Shown here: positions 37,145 through 45,909 of the stretch, one piece after another
How the letters are laid out: every line of letters begins with the position of its first letter
Position numbering within the stretch: the stretch's first letter is position 1
The notes under the pieces: generated by a model
What the model saw: only the letters and a program-made list of their open reading frames with translations
What the model was told of the DNA's origin: nothing
The model's database searches: none
Program-made: the position numbers and the translations under genes
Source: Bacillota bacterium
GTDB lineage: Bacteria; Bacillota; Dethiobacteria; DTU022
Assembly (NCBI GenBank): GCA_046483445.1
Contig: JAWODD010000031.1
Location: forward strand, 65,397 to 129,396
Direction of reading: 5' to 3'
DNA length: 64,000 nt

Positions 37145-38663
37145 CTTTAACCAGGATAGCGGGGGAGGCAATTACTAAAAATGCCGCCCAGGCAGCCGGG
37201 AAATACTCGCCGAAACGGGAATAGATCGTTTTTCTGTAGGCCATATCCAGCGGCAAATTAAAAATGGCCTGCTTATTTTTACCTGAGCGCAGCAGTTCCC
37301 GGCCCTGGTAATCAAAGGAGATGGTGATTCCGCTGTTAGCTGCCTGGGTGACCCCTACTCCGGCTTCTGCTGCCCTGATTGCAGCGGCCTGGGCATGTTG
37401 TTCAAGGCCAATCGATTCGCCGAACCAGGCGTCGTTGGTGACAACGAATAGATGGCGGGCGCCTTTATTTGCGAATAGGCGCATGTGGTTGCCGAAGTAT
37501 GATTCAAAGCAAACCACTCCGGCCACTTTTGTGCCGTTTAGATCAAACAGGGTGATTTTTTCTCCCGGAGTATAGCTGCCGAGGAGAAGGTCCAGCTGCA
37601 GGATCCGGTTTAATAAGTCTTCTGCCGGGAAATATTCGGCAAAAGGTACCAGGCGCTGTTTGTGATAAACTGGAATTTCGGCCTGGTTTTTGCTGTAAAG
37701 GGTAATTGAGTTGTAAAGATGGCCTTCTTCCCTGACCCGGACCCCGTAAAGAAGGTCTATTTTATGTTCTTTTGCCAGTCCAGTCATCTGCGGCAGGTGT
37801 TTTTTCTCATCACCGTAGTCCAGGTGAACTACGGTTTCCGGCCAGACAACCAGGTCCAGTTCCGGTTCATTATCCAAGGCTTCCCTGGTTAAATCCAGGT
37901 AGTGCGTGAGCACTTCATCTCTGCTGTAATCAACAACTTCTTCCGGATGAGTATTGCCCTGGATCAGCCCGGTTTGCAAGGGTTCTGCTTTTCTTTCTAC
38001 TGTTTGCGCCAGGGGTAGCAGGAGACCGGCGGCAAGTAGGCCGGTAAAAACTGCAGCAGCAGCGTAAAGGCTATTGTGCCGCAGTTTACCCTGTAGATAT
38101 AAAACCAGGAGGGCTTGCAACAAAACCATTAAAAAGGGCAGACCCCAGTAACCATAAACTGAAGCAATGTTGAGCAAGAAGGGGTAGCCCCACTGGGTAT
38201 AACCAAGGTAGCCCACGTTATAACCGAGCAGGCCGAATGAGCGGATATATTCCACTAAAAGCCAAAGGGAAGGTACGGCCAGGGCTGTATACCAGGGATT
38301 GCCAGGGCGTCCGGCCAGATTTGCCCCCAGGGCAAAAACGGCATAAAATAAGCTGATATAGGCAAAAAGTAGAATCATGGCCAGGGAAGCCAGGTAATCC
38401 GGCAGGTAAGGATAAAGGACTACCGCCAGATACATGTTCAAATAGATGGTAAAAGGCAATCCAAAAACAAAACCGGCCCGAAAAGCTTGACCAGGCTTAA
38501 CCTGCAGGCAGATCCATAGCATTGGAACCAGGGCTGCCCAGGCCAGGTAGCCCTGGTCAAACCGGGGAAAGGCAAAGATCAAAAGAATTCCGGAAACCAG
38601 GGGTGGCAGCAAATATCCGTGCCTTTTTTCCGTGATCTGATTTATTATTTTATTTAATCTCAT
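37125..38663 (-). CDS. lnt: Apolipoprotein N-acyltransferase
   Basis: N-terminal polytopic membrane domain is followed by a CN-hydrolase domain with an E-K-C triad (VVWPE, HKQRLVPFAEY, VVCFES). The protein is 512 aa. Confidence 0.8.
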   Translation of the reverse strand: MRLNKIINQITEKRHGYLLPPLVSGILLIFAFPRFDQGYLAWAALVPMLWICLQVKPGQAFRAGFVFGLPFTIYLNMYLAVVLYPYLPDYLASLAMILLFAYISLFYAVFALGANLAGRPGNPWYTALAVPSLWLLVEYIRSFGLLGYNVGYLGYTQWGYPFLLNIASVYGYWGLPFLMVLLQALLVLYLQGKLRHNSLYAAAAVFTGLLAAGLLLPLAQTVERKAEPLQTGLIQGNTHPEEVVDYSRDEVLTHYLDLTREALDNEPELDLVVWPETVVHLDYGDEKKHLPQMTGLAKEHKIDLLYGVRVREEGHLYNSITLYSKNQAEIPVYHKQRLVPFAEYFPAEDLLNRILQLDLLLGSYTPGEKITLFDLNGTKVAGVVCFESYFGNHMRLFANKGARHLFVVTNDAWFGESIGLEQHAQAAAIRAAEAGVGVTQAANSGITISFDYQGRELLRSGKNKQAIFNLPLDMAYRKTIYSRFGEYFPAAWAAFLVIASPAILVKARRESS

Positions 38664-38991
38664 TTGCGATGCTCCTGGGTACGGTTTTTAAATCTTTTGC
38701 AGCTTTTTGTTTATTCGTATTCTAACACAGGCCTTTTAAGGTAAAAAATTCCTGTAGCCGCCTGTAAGTTTGCCGATTTTTTTTAAAATAAGGCTTTTAT
38801 CTTTCCTACTGGTTCCTTCTGTAATTAAAGGCTACCAACCTTGACCGCCCCTTGAATAACTGATATAAATAAGGTAATATTTTACCTGTTAAAATATTAA
38901 CTACATAAATTAAACCGTTAGGGAGAGAATTAACATTCAAAGCGACGATCTGATTGAATATATCAAAGAACTTGACTATGTCTTTAGCCGG

Positions 38992-39420
38992 TTGGTTTAC
39001 CGGGTAAGGGTTTTACACAACCGTTATACGGCAGATGAAATAACCGATACCCAATTTGTCGTGCTTCGGGCCCTGCGCAAGGGGCCCTGCAATACCTCTT
39101 TTTTAGCCCACATGCTGGGAGTTACCCTCAGTGCGGTCACTGCGCTGATCAACCGCCTGCACAAGATGGAGTTGGTGACCAGGGAAAGGCAGGAAAAGGA
39201 CCGCCGCCAGGTATGGATTACGATTACTTCCAGGGGTGAACAAGTTTTAAAAGAGGTGGAAGAAAAGCGTAATCTTTTGCTGGCCGTCTATCTTTCGAAT
39301 TTGCCGGAACAGGAAAGGGAACAACTGCTTGAACTGCTGCGCCGGACACGCAGCCTGTTTGAAAGGGATGATATCCTGGAAAGGGATCTCCTTGAAGGAG
39401 ATCCCTTTCCAGAACAGTAA
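38992..39420 (+). CDS. MarR-family transcriptional regulator. The true start may lie upstream at a non-AUG codon.
   Basis: wHTH core is present (FVVLRALRKGPCNTSFLAHMLGVTLSAVTALINRLHKMELV). The in-frame upstream extension DDLIEYIKELDYVFSRLV reads like the MarR N-terminal helix, and a GGGAGAG RBS sits 7 nt before an in-frame ATT at 38935. Confidence 0.7.
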   Translation: MVYRVRVLHNRYTADEITDTQFVVLRALRKGPCNTSFLAHMLGVTLSAVTALINRLHKMELVTRERQEKDRRQVWITITSRGEQVLKEVEEKRNLLLAVYLSNLPEQEREQLLELLRRTRSLFERDDILERDLLEGDPFPEQ

Positions 39421-39425
39421 TTTAT

Positions 39426-40388
39426 TTAGACCGATTCCTTTGTTTCTTGACCGCCGTCTTGTTCTAAGGCGGCATTTTTGCGCCTGATCTGCCTGCGGAT
39501 TAACAGCCAGATAACTAAGGCAATGACAGCCAGGATAATCAGGGCCGGCATGATCGCTGAAAAAACGATGATCATCATTGAAGCAGCGTTTAACAGGAAG
39601 TTAATTCCTCCGGTGAAGGCTTCGGCAATTCTTTTTCCCAGGTTATCAAAAACGTAGGGTGAGACCGCCCCGGTAGGAACTGCTTCTTCCCGTAAAGAGA
39701 TATCAATAGTGGAGTAAGTAATTTGATCTTTTAATTGATCCAGGCGGGCGCTCATAGATTCTATTTCACCCCTGACCCGCTGGAGTTCTTTTTCCACCTC
39801 CAGCACTTCTTCTACAGTTTCTGCCATATCCAGAATTTCGGTCAACCGGCTTTCCTGGGCTTCTAAGTTTTTAAGGCGTGATTGAAGATCAATGTAACGG
39901 TCGGTTACATCTTCAAGTTCGGTGCGTACATCTGTTGCTTTGCCCAGGGTTTCCAGTTTCCCCATCACTTCTTCGAAAGATTCTTCCGGGACCCGAATGG
40001 TCATTCGCGCCCCATACTGCCCTTCCCTGATTTCGTAAATTGAAGAACTGTCAATGAGCCCGTCGATTTCCCGGACGATATCTCTAATTTCTTCTGCCTT
40101 GGCTCTGCTGTCCTCAACAGCGAGATTTATCGACCCTCGCCGGATAATATGCCGCTGCGGTGCTTCTTCCCCCACTGGTCCTGGAGGAGACGGTTCTTTT
40201 CTTGCAGCCATTTCAGTTTCTTCCACCACCATATCTACATCTTCCCTGACAGCGCTTTCTTCTGGTTCCAGATAACCGGCGGAGCTGCAAGAGATTAAAC
40301 TAAAACCCAGTGTAAGAGCCAAAACAATCACTGTAGAAATTAGCAATCCTTTTTTAGCCGTGCTTCTTTGCTTGTCCATCTGCTTCAC
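39426..40388 (-). CDS. DUF4349-like secreted/membrane-anchored coiled-coil protein
   Basis: Lipoprotein-like signal (LISCSSAG), a long coiled-coil and a C-terminal TM helix are present, consistent with DUF4349 architecture. Confidence 0.5.
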   Translation of the reverse strand: MKQMDKQRSTAKKGLLISTVIVLALTLGFSLISCSSAGYLEPEESAVREDVDMVVEETEMAARKEPSPPGPVGEEAPQRHIIRRGSINLAVEDSRAKAEEIRDIVREIDGLIDSSSIYEIREGQYGARMTIRVPEESFEEVMGKLETLGKATDVRTELEDVTDRYIDLQSRLKNLEAQESRLTEILDMAETVEEVLEVEKELQRVRGEIESMSARLDQLKDQITYSTIDISLREEAVPTGAVSPYVFDNLGKRIAEAFTGGINFLLNAASMMIIVFSAIMPALIILAVIALVIWLLIRRQIRRKNAALEQDGGQETKESV

Positions 40389-40440
40389 CCTCCTTTAACT
40401 GTAAAGACAAGCAGTACTTGCAGATGGTTCCCTTTGTTTT

Positions 40441-40845
40441 TTATATGGCCCTGTGTCCCAGACCAATGGCAATATCGTTTCTGTGCAGCAACCCGATCCC
40501 GAAAAAGATAGCCACTGCAAGGTGTGTGCCGCCGCGGGCAATGCCTACCTTGCCTCCGACGTTGAGGCCGAGGGCCTTGGGCATAATTTGCGATAAAGCT
40601 TCACGGGTCGCTCCGGCTACAGCGCCGTCGGAATGACTGGAATCGTCGATGATCTCTTCCCGTTTCGAAGCGACCACCGCTCTTTCGACTACTTTTTGCA
40701 GTGAGCTTAAAAACTCACCGCCATAATCTACAGCAAGTGATTGAATTCCTTCTTCGCGGTGTTTTTCTTTTAATTCTATCTCTTCTTCTCTTGTTTTGGT
40801 CATCGCTATGCAGATTGCGGCCTGTGCAATATCACGGCTTTCCAT
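40441..40845 (-). CDS. HutP-family RNA-binding antiterminator-like protein
   Basis: C-terminal GTHLAVAIFFGIGLLHRNDIAIGLGHRAI aligns with the HutP C-terminus (...SLYGTIGAPIKGLEHETFGVGINHI). The protein is 134 aa. Confidence 0.55.
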   Translation of the reverse strand: MESRDIAQAAICIAMTKTREEEIELKEKHREEGIQSLAVDYGGEFLSSLQKVVERAVVASKREEIIDDSSHSDGAVAGATREALSQIMPKALGLNVGGKVGIARGGTHLAVAIFFGIGLLHRNDIAIGLGHRAI

Positions 40846-40977
40846 ACATATCGCCCCCAGAATAATACTGTTTCAATTATCTACTTTTAACGATTAAAGA
40901 GCAAGTAAAAATTATTTTAAGCGGCAGTTTTTACCGCTTTGATCTATGTTATAATCTACACGGAGGTTGTTAGCTTA

Positions 40978-41544
40978 ATGAGAGAAAATTTCTGTAGTAC
41001 CTGCGGAGAAGAACTGAAACCCGGGGAACTTTCAGTGCGCTGCCGGTTGTGTATGTGTAATTACCATGCCCGCTGTTGGGAAAAGACCGGGGGCTGTACT
41101 ACTTATGGTTGTTCCGGTAAGCCTGAAATTAACAGTGATGGCGATCCGGTGGCTTACAAACGCTGCCCCTTCTGCGGTGAAGAAATAATCAGTTTTGCTG
41201 TTAAATGTAGATACTGCCGTTCTTCGCTTGAGCCTGCCGGGCAATTAAACAGTGAATCTTCATTTGCAAGGAATGCCAGGGGTGCTGTTTCAGCATTCAG
41301 AAAAGATCCGATTTTAACCAGCCTTTTAAACCTGCTTTTCCCCGGAGCCGGTTACATGTACCTTGGACTATTTGGAAAAGGGCTTTTTTGGTTTTTAGTG
41401 GCCGTTTTGGCCTGGTTCTTTGCTCGGGGACTTGGTTTAATTGCCGTCTACTTATGGGTAATGTATGATTCAGCCCGGCAGGCCCGGGCCATGAACCGAA
41501 ATGAATCAAGTCTTGATTCGGAAAACATCACCACCCCGTTTTAA
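40978..41544 (+). CDS. Zinc-ribbon membrane protein (hypothetical)
   Basis: CxxC...CxxC ribbons (CSTCGEEL...CRLCMC, CPFCGEE...CRYCRS) are followed by two TM helices. I moved the start to the ATG at 40978, which has a GGAGG RBS; the ORF track gives 40939. Confidence 0.5.
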   Translation: MRENFCSTCGEELKPGELSVRCRLCMCNYHARCWEKTGGCTTYGCSGKPEINSDGDPVAYKRCPFCGEEIISFAVKCRYCRSSLEPAGQLNSESSFARNARGAVSAFRKDPILTSLLNLLFPGAGYMYLGLFGKGLFWFLVAVLAWFFARGLGLIAVYLWVMYDSARQARAMNRNESSLDSENITTPF

Positions 41545-41637
41545 AACTTAAATAATAATCCTTACTTGATAATGCTTAGCCGGGCTAATTCAAAAAATTT
41601 AGTGACTGTATAGCCTTTTTTAATTAAATCCGGCAGG

Positions 41638-41664
41638 CCTGAAATGAAAACTCTGCTAGCAGAT
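41638..41664. repeat. 27-nt intergenic motif, copy B (CCTGAAATGAAAACTCTGCTAGCAGAT)
   Basis: It lies in the convergent intergenic region between the zinc-ribbon gene (+) and the DNA methyltransferase (-). Confidence 0.6.
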
Positions 41665-41769
41665 ACAAAATTTATTATGGAAAATAAGCAGCAAGCCTTG
41701 TCCGATTAGAAGCTATTAAAGAGGTAAGAGGGTGCTTAAAACGAGCAGCTAAAAATAAAGGCGATTAAT

Positions 41770-43029
41770 TTAATGCTTGTTGAATAAAACAATGCGGTTG
41801 CTGTTAGTGCCGCTTTTGTTATTTTTTACACCCCAGATGTTGGAGGTTTTAGTAAATTCCTGCCGGTTAATTATAACCCCGGCACACTTAAAGCCGCACT
41901 GTGCCCCTAAGGGAACAATCGCTTCTTCTAAATTGATTTTCCCCCCTTTTACTTCTCCTACTTCGAAGGCAACCCAGCCGCCCGGTTTGGTAATGCGGTA
42001 CAGCTCTTTAAAGACTTTACCCATAGCGGAGGACCATTCGTTTAAGGTAGAAGCCATGGTCATTTTTTGTTCCACTTTTTCCATATCAATATCGTTGAAC
42101 CAGCTCCGCAGCCAGTTATCCGAAGAGTATTGCACTACATCCAAAAACGGAGGGGAAGTTACAGTTAGGGCCACACTTTCACCAGGAATTTCTTCAGTTT
42201 GAAAAGATTCTTTCTCCAAAAAAACCGCTTCAACTGCAGCTTGGCGGAGTAAATTTAGCTGTGTTTCAGATAAATTGCGCATAAGCTGGCGACTCTTTTT
42301 TATAATGATAGCACGGATATCGCGGTACTCGGGTTTTTGGTTGAGTTTGCGGTTGATTTTTATCTGCCGTTCAGCCGAGACGGCCTGGTTTGGGGGCATG
42401 GTGTAAACAGAAAAAAAACCCCTGGAATGACCGGTCAGGCGGTTGGTGGCTACCATCCTGATCCAGCGGTCTATTTTATCTTCAGTGCCGCTGTCGCGTT
42501 TACTTTTTAAATTCTCCCGCAGCGAGAGCAGCTCACTTTCGGTTTGGGGATGATAAAACATTGAAAGATCAAGTTCTTGTGCTGGTGGCTCCTGGAAAGG
42601 AATACTCAAGAGGCGGTTTTTTATCTCTTCTAAAGAGGGGATGGAAAGCCTGGGCTCGGCCAAGATTTTGCTTAAAGGATTAATATCATTGGCAATAACC
42701 TGGCGCCCCAAAAGGGCTGCTTCTATTGGAGTTGTCCCCCTACCGGAAAAAGGATCGTAGACAAGATCCGTCGGTTGTGTGAGCAGTTCTATAAAAAAGC
42801 GGGGTAGCTGCGGTTTAAAACAGGCCCGGTAGGAAATTTCCTGAATAGAAGAAGACTGCCTTTGGCGGGCAGTCCAGAATTCGTTAATAAAAAACGGCAC
42901 GCTTATTCCCCCGGGAGCATAATCCTCAACGGTGGTAGTCGTGACTTCGCTATCGAATAGAGAGACTTGCTGCTCCCGGTTTAGGTTATATTCTTTTAAA
43001 TATTCGACTATGCTGTCAATGGTAGGCAA
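41770..43029 (-). CDS. DNA methyltransferase (N6-adenine/N4-cytosine, N6_N4_Mtase family)
   Basis: SAM motif is LVYDPFSGRGTTPIEAALLGRQVIANDINP. Catalytic motif is TSPPF. No restriction endonuclease is adjacent. It lies 18 nt downstream of the fur-family gene on the same strand. Confidence 0.65.
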   Translation of the reverse strand: MPTIDSIVEYLKEYNLNREQQVSLFDSEVTTTTVEDYAPGGISVPFFINEFWTARQRQSSSIQEISYRACFKPQLPRFFIELLTQPTDLVYDPFSGRGTTPIEAALLGRQVIANDINPLSKILAEPRLSIPSLEEIKNRLLSIPFQEPPAQELDLSMFYHPQTESELLSLRENLKSKRDSGTEDKIDRWIRMVATNRLTGHSRGFFSVYTMPPNQAVSAERQIKINRKLNQKPEYRDIRAIIIKKSRQLMRNLSETQLNLLRQAAVEAVFLEKESFQTEEIPGESVALTVTSPPFLDVVQYSSDNWLRSWFNDIDMEKVEQKMTMASTLNEWSSAMGKVFKELYRITKPGGWVAFEVGEVKGGKINLEEAIVPLGAQCGFKCAGVIINRQEFTKTSNIWGVKNNKSGTNSNRIVLFNKH

Positions 43030-43047
43030 ATTGGCTTCACCTGTATC

Positions 43048-43458
43048 TTAGTTTTGATTGTGGCTTATTTTTTCTTTGCAGGATTTACACCTTCCGTAAA
43101 AATTAATCCAGTGTTCTTCGACTTCGTGTTCCGTTGATTCATTTGCTTTGTGATCCAGGTCGGTCATCACCGGTTGCTCAAGATCGTAAACAGAACTGCA
43201 TTCCCGGCAAATAAAGTGATAATGCGGCTCTATGTTGGCATCGAAGCGATCAAAACTGCTTCCTGACTCAATTTTTGTAACCAGGTTTTGATCGATTAAA
43301 ATATTGATATTGCGATAAACGGTACCCATGCTCAGGTTGTTGAATTCTTTTTTCAGCTCATCATAAATCCAACTGGCCGTTGGGTGGGTATCAGTATTGC
43401 GTACGGTATTTAAAATTTGTTCTCGCTGCCTGCTGCGTTTATACTTGTGTCTATTCAT
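43048..43458 (-). CDS. Fur-family metalloregulator (likely Zur)
   Basis: Fur wHTH (RQREQILNTV...) and C-terminal CxxC...CxxC (CRECSSV...CKSCKE) are present. It is adjacent to a ZIP zinc transporter. I moved the start to the ATG at 43458; the ORF track gives 43533. Confidence 0.8.
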   Translation of the reverse strand: MNRHKYKRSRQREQILNTVRNTDTHPTASWIYDELKKEFNNLSMGTVYRNINILIDQNLVTKIESGSSFDRFDANIEPHYHFICRECSSVYDLEQPVMTDLDHKANESTEHEVEEHWINFYGRCKSCKEKISHNQN

Positions 43459-43581
43459 AGTTGGTGACCATCCTTTGATATTACTAATGGTATTACTAAT
43501 AATAATCATATCTATTATTTGTTTAAAGGTCAAGTGGTTTTTCTAAATAACATTTTTTGCCCTAAATATGATATATTCTTT

Positions 43582-44334
43582 TTAAAACCAGGCAATGAAA
43601 AGAAGGCCCACTACTGTTCCCAGAAATATACCAAGGATGGAAAGATGGGCTCCGGCGCTTTCATAAGCATCCGGGATCAATTCATCACAAACAATATAAA
43701 GCATAGCCCCTGCGGCAAAACCAAATGACATGCCCAGGATTAAGGGTGATATGCTTCCAATAAGGGCGCCAAGAAAAGCGCCCAAACCCATGGGGATACC
43801 GGTTAGCGCGGTAATACCAATGACCTTGTAATAAGTGTAGCCCCCGTGAGTGAGCGGTGCTGCTACCGCCATACCTTCCGGGATATTGTGCAGGCCAATC
43901 AGAATAGCAAGGGTGGTTCCAAGTTCTGTGGAACCGATAAAGCCGGTGCCAATAGCCAACCCTTCGGGAAAATTATGTAATCCAATGCCCAGGGCAAGCA
44001 TAGTTCCTTTTTTTAAATAGCCTTTAAGATGAGCTTCTTCCACAGTAACACTGTGATGATGGGGAAGGAAATGGTCTATTATATAAAGGACCAGCATACC
44101 TAACGATAAGCCTGTAATTGCAGTCCCGTAACCGCTAAATTCTATCGATTCTTCGATTAATTCTAAAAAAACTATGACAAGCATTATACCGGCAGCAAAG
44201 GCAAGGATGGTTCCGGTTAAGCGGGGAGTTGGTTTTTTCACAAAGACAGAAAGCAACCCCCCGGCTCCGGTACCAAGCACTCCGGCTAACATGCCCAGTA
44301 ACCCGATTGCAAACCAACTCATTGTATTGATCAC
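43582..44334 (-). CDS. ZIP-family metal (zinc) transporter (ZupT-like)
   Basis: Eight TM helices. HNFPEGLA and HNIPEGMA are ZIP signature motifs. The protein is 250 aa. Confidence 0.85.
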   Translation of the reverse strand: MINTMSWFAIGLLGMLAGVLGTGAGGLLSVFVKKPTPRLTGTILAFAAGIMLVIVFLELIEESIEFSGYGTAITGLSLGMLVLYIIDHFLPHHHSVTVEEAHLKGYLKKGTMLALGIGLHNFPEGLAIGTGFIGSTELGTTLAILIGLHNIPEGMAVAAPLTHGGYTYYKVIGITALTGIPMGLGAFLGALIGSISPLILGMSFGFAAGAMLYIVCDELIPDAYESAGAHLSILGIFLGTVVGLLFIAWF

Positions 44335-44480
44335 CCGTTTTTGTAGTTGAGCTAAGTTATTTTTTAACAGTTTTAGTGATAATGGTAAACAAGCCGGAGA
44401 GGCTTTGACTAACTCCGGCTTGTTAATGGTTCTTGTAAAATGTTTAGACCCTAATTGTAAACAGGTTTTTTAAACCTTTT

Positions 44481-44876
44481 TTAACTAAGATCAACTTTCT
44501 GGGTGTTGTCCCAGAGGCCGTGGATATTGCAATAGCTGAGGGCAACCAGTTCACCCGGTTTTTCCAGGGTTATTGTAGCGGTTGCCTTTGGTTCACATTT
44601 TGCGTTTCCGGCATTGGCGCCCTGGACTGATTCCCCGTGGGCTTCGAACTGGAATGTGCCCAGGTGGACCAGGAACTTTTCATCTTCTGGCTTGAAAAAC
44701 AGCTGGATATAGCGGATATGATGCTCAGTAGTATGCGGGTGGGGAATTTCGGCGCCTACGCTTAAGGCAACTTCGAACGGTTCCCCTTTTTCCCCGGGTT
44801 TTTTTACTTCAATTACAGGAACGTGTTTTTCAGCTTTCCAATCGGCAGATTGGATATGATCGCCAATATAGCTCAT
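44481..44876 (-). CDS. Superoxide reductase (1Fe-SOR / neelaredoxin class)
   Basis: EKHVPVI and CNIHGLW iron-ligand motifs are present in a 131-aa protein. Confidence 0.85.
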   Translation of the reverse strand: MSYIGDHIQSADWKAEKHVPVIEVKKPGEKGEPFEVALSVGAEIPHPHTTEHHIRYIQLFFKPEDEKFLVHLGTFQFEAHGESVQGANAGNAKCEPKATATITLEKPGELVALSYCNIHGLWDNTQKVDLS

Positions 44877-45096
44877 TAATAATCCTCCTTTTTGTTTTGT
44901 ATTTTAGACTTATTTATATATTCTCCATAAAAGACAAACTTCCTTTTGATAAACAAAGATAATTTTGCTAAATAATAATGATTCCGGAATTGAGGGTGTT
45001 TATGAAGGTAAAATTGCTTTTAAGGATAATTTTGCCTAAAGGAAAATTAAGTGATAAAATGTTTCTGATAAGGGGAAAAAGTGCTATAAACAAGAG

Positions 45097-45492
45097 GTGA
45101 ACCGGTTGTATACTGCACTAGTTATTGATCATTTTATCAATCCCCGTAATGCCGGACAAATTCCCGATGCTGACGGCATAGGGACTATCGGTGATCCTGA
45201 ATGTGGCGATTTTGTGCGTATTTATATCCGGGTAAGAGCAGATCGGCTTTGCGGTATTGCCTTTGAAATTTGCGGTTGTCCCGCTTCTATTGCAACTACC
45301 AGTGTTTTAACAGAAATGGCCTCAGGCAAATCCCTGAATGAAGCGCTGGCAATTACTGAAGACGATGTTTTAAAGGCTCTAAAAGGACTGCCCGAATCGA
45401 AAGTTCATTGCTCCAATCTAGGGGTAGAAGCTTTGCGGCAGGCGATTGTTGAATACCTGCAGCGTCACAAGAAGAAAAAGGAGGCCAAATGA
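45097..45492 (+). CDS. NifU-like N-terminal domain Fe-S cluster scaffold (IscU-like)
   Basis: Conserved cysteines sit in GDPECGD, CGCPAS and HCSNLG. The protein is 131 aa with a GTG start. Confidence 0.8.
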   Translation: MNRLYTALVIDHFINPRNAGQIPDADGIGTIGDPECGDFVRIYIRVRADRLCGIAFEICGCPASIATTSVLTEMASGKSLNEALAITEDDVLKALKGLPESKVHCSNLGVEALRQAIVEYLQRHKKKKEAK

Positions 45493-45528
45493 TTGCAAAT
45501 TCTTTAACTTGCAGGAGGTGTTAACAAG

Positions 45529-45909
45529 ATGGCTTTTGAATGCGCAAGATGCCAGGTGAAAATCGAAAATGAAGAGGATGTTTATCAACATCGCGGAAAA
45601 GATCTTTGCGAAGATTGCTATATGGAGGCTTTACAGCAGCCTAAAACCTGTGACGTGGCGGCAACCCAGCTTGCCAAAAAACACCGCCAGGCCGCTGGCC
45701 AAAAAGGGACAGAAGGACTGCTGGAAATTCAAAAAAATATCCATGATTATATCAAAGAAAAAGGTAAGGCTACCCGGGAAGAATTGATGGAAGCATTTGA
45801 CCTGCCTGAATGGGAGTTAAACAAACAGATTGCCATTTTAAGACACTGCGAGCTGGTTAAAGGCCGCAAAGAAGGAGACCAGGTTTACCTGGTTCTTTTT
45901 GATTATTGA
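45529..45909 (+). CDS. Hypothetical zinc-ribbon + winged-helix protein
   Basis: N-terminal CxxC...CxxC (CARCQ...CEDC) and a C-terminal wHTH-like segment (ELMEAFDLPEWELNKQIAILRHCELV) are present. Confidence 0.4.
   Translation: MAFECARCQVKIENEEDVYQHRGKDLCEDCYMEALQQPKTCDVAATQLAKKHRQAAGQKGTEGLLEIQKNIHDYIKEKGKATREELMEAFDLPEWELNKQIAILRHCELVKGRKEGDQVYLVLFDY

Noticed and set aside
44391-44421. Perfect 9-bp hairpin AAGCCGGAG...CTCCGGCTT between the superoxide reductase and ZIP genes as a terminator
   Set aside because: A clear U-run is absent on either strand. It may still be a weak terminator for SOR or part of the ZIP promoter/operator, but the evidence is insufficient to call.
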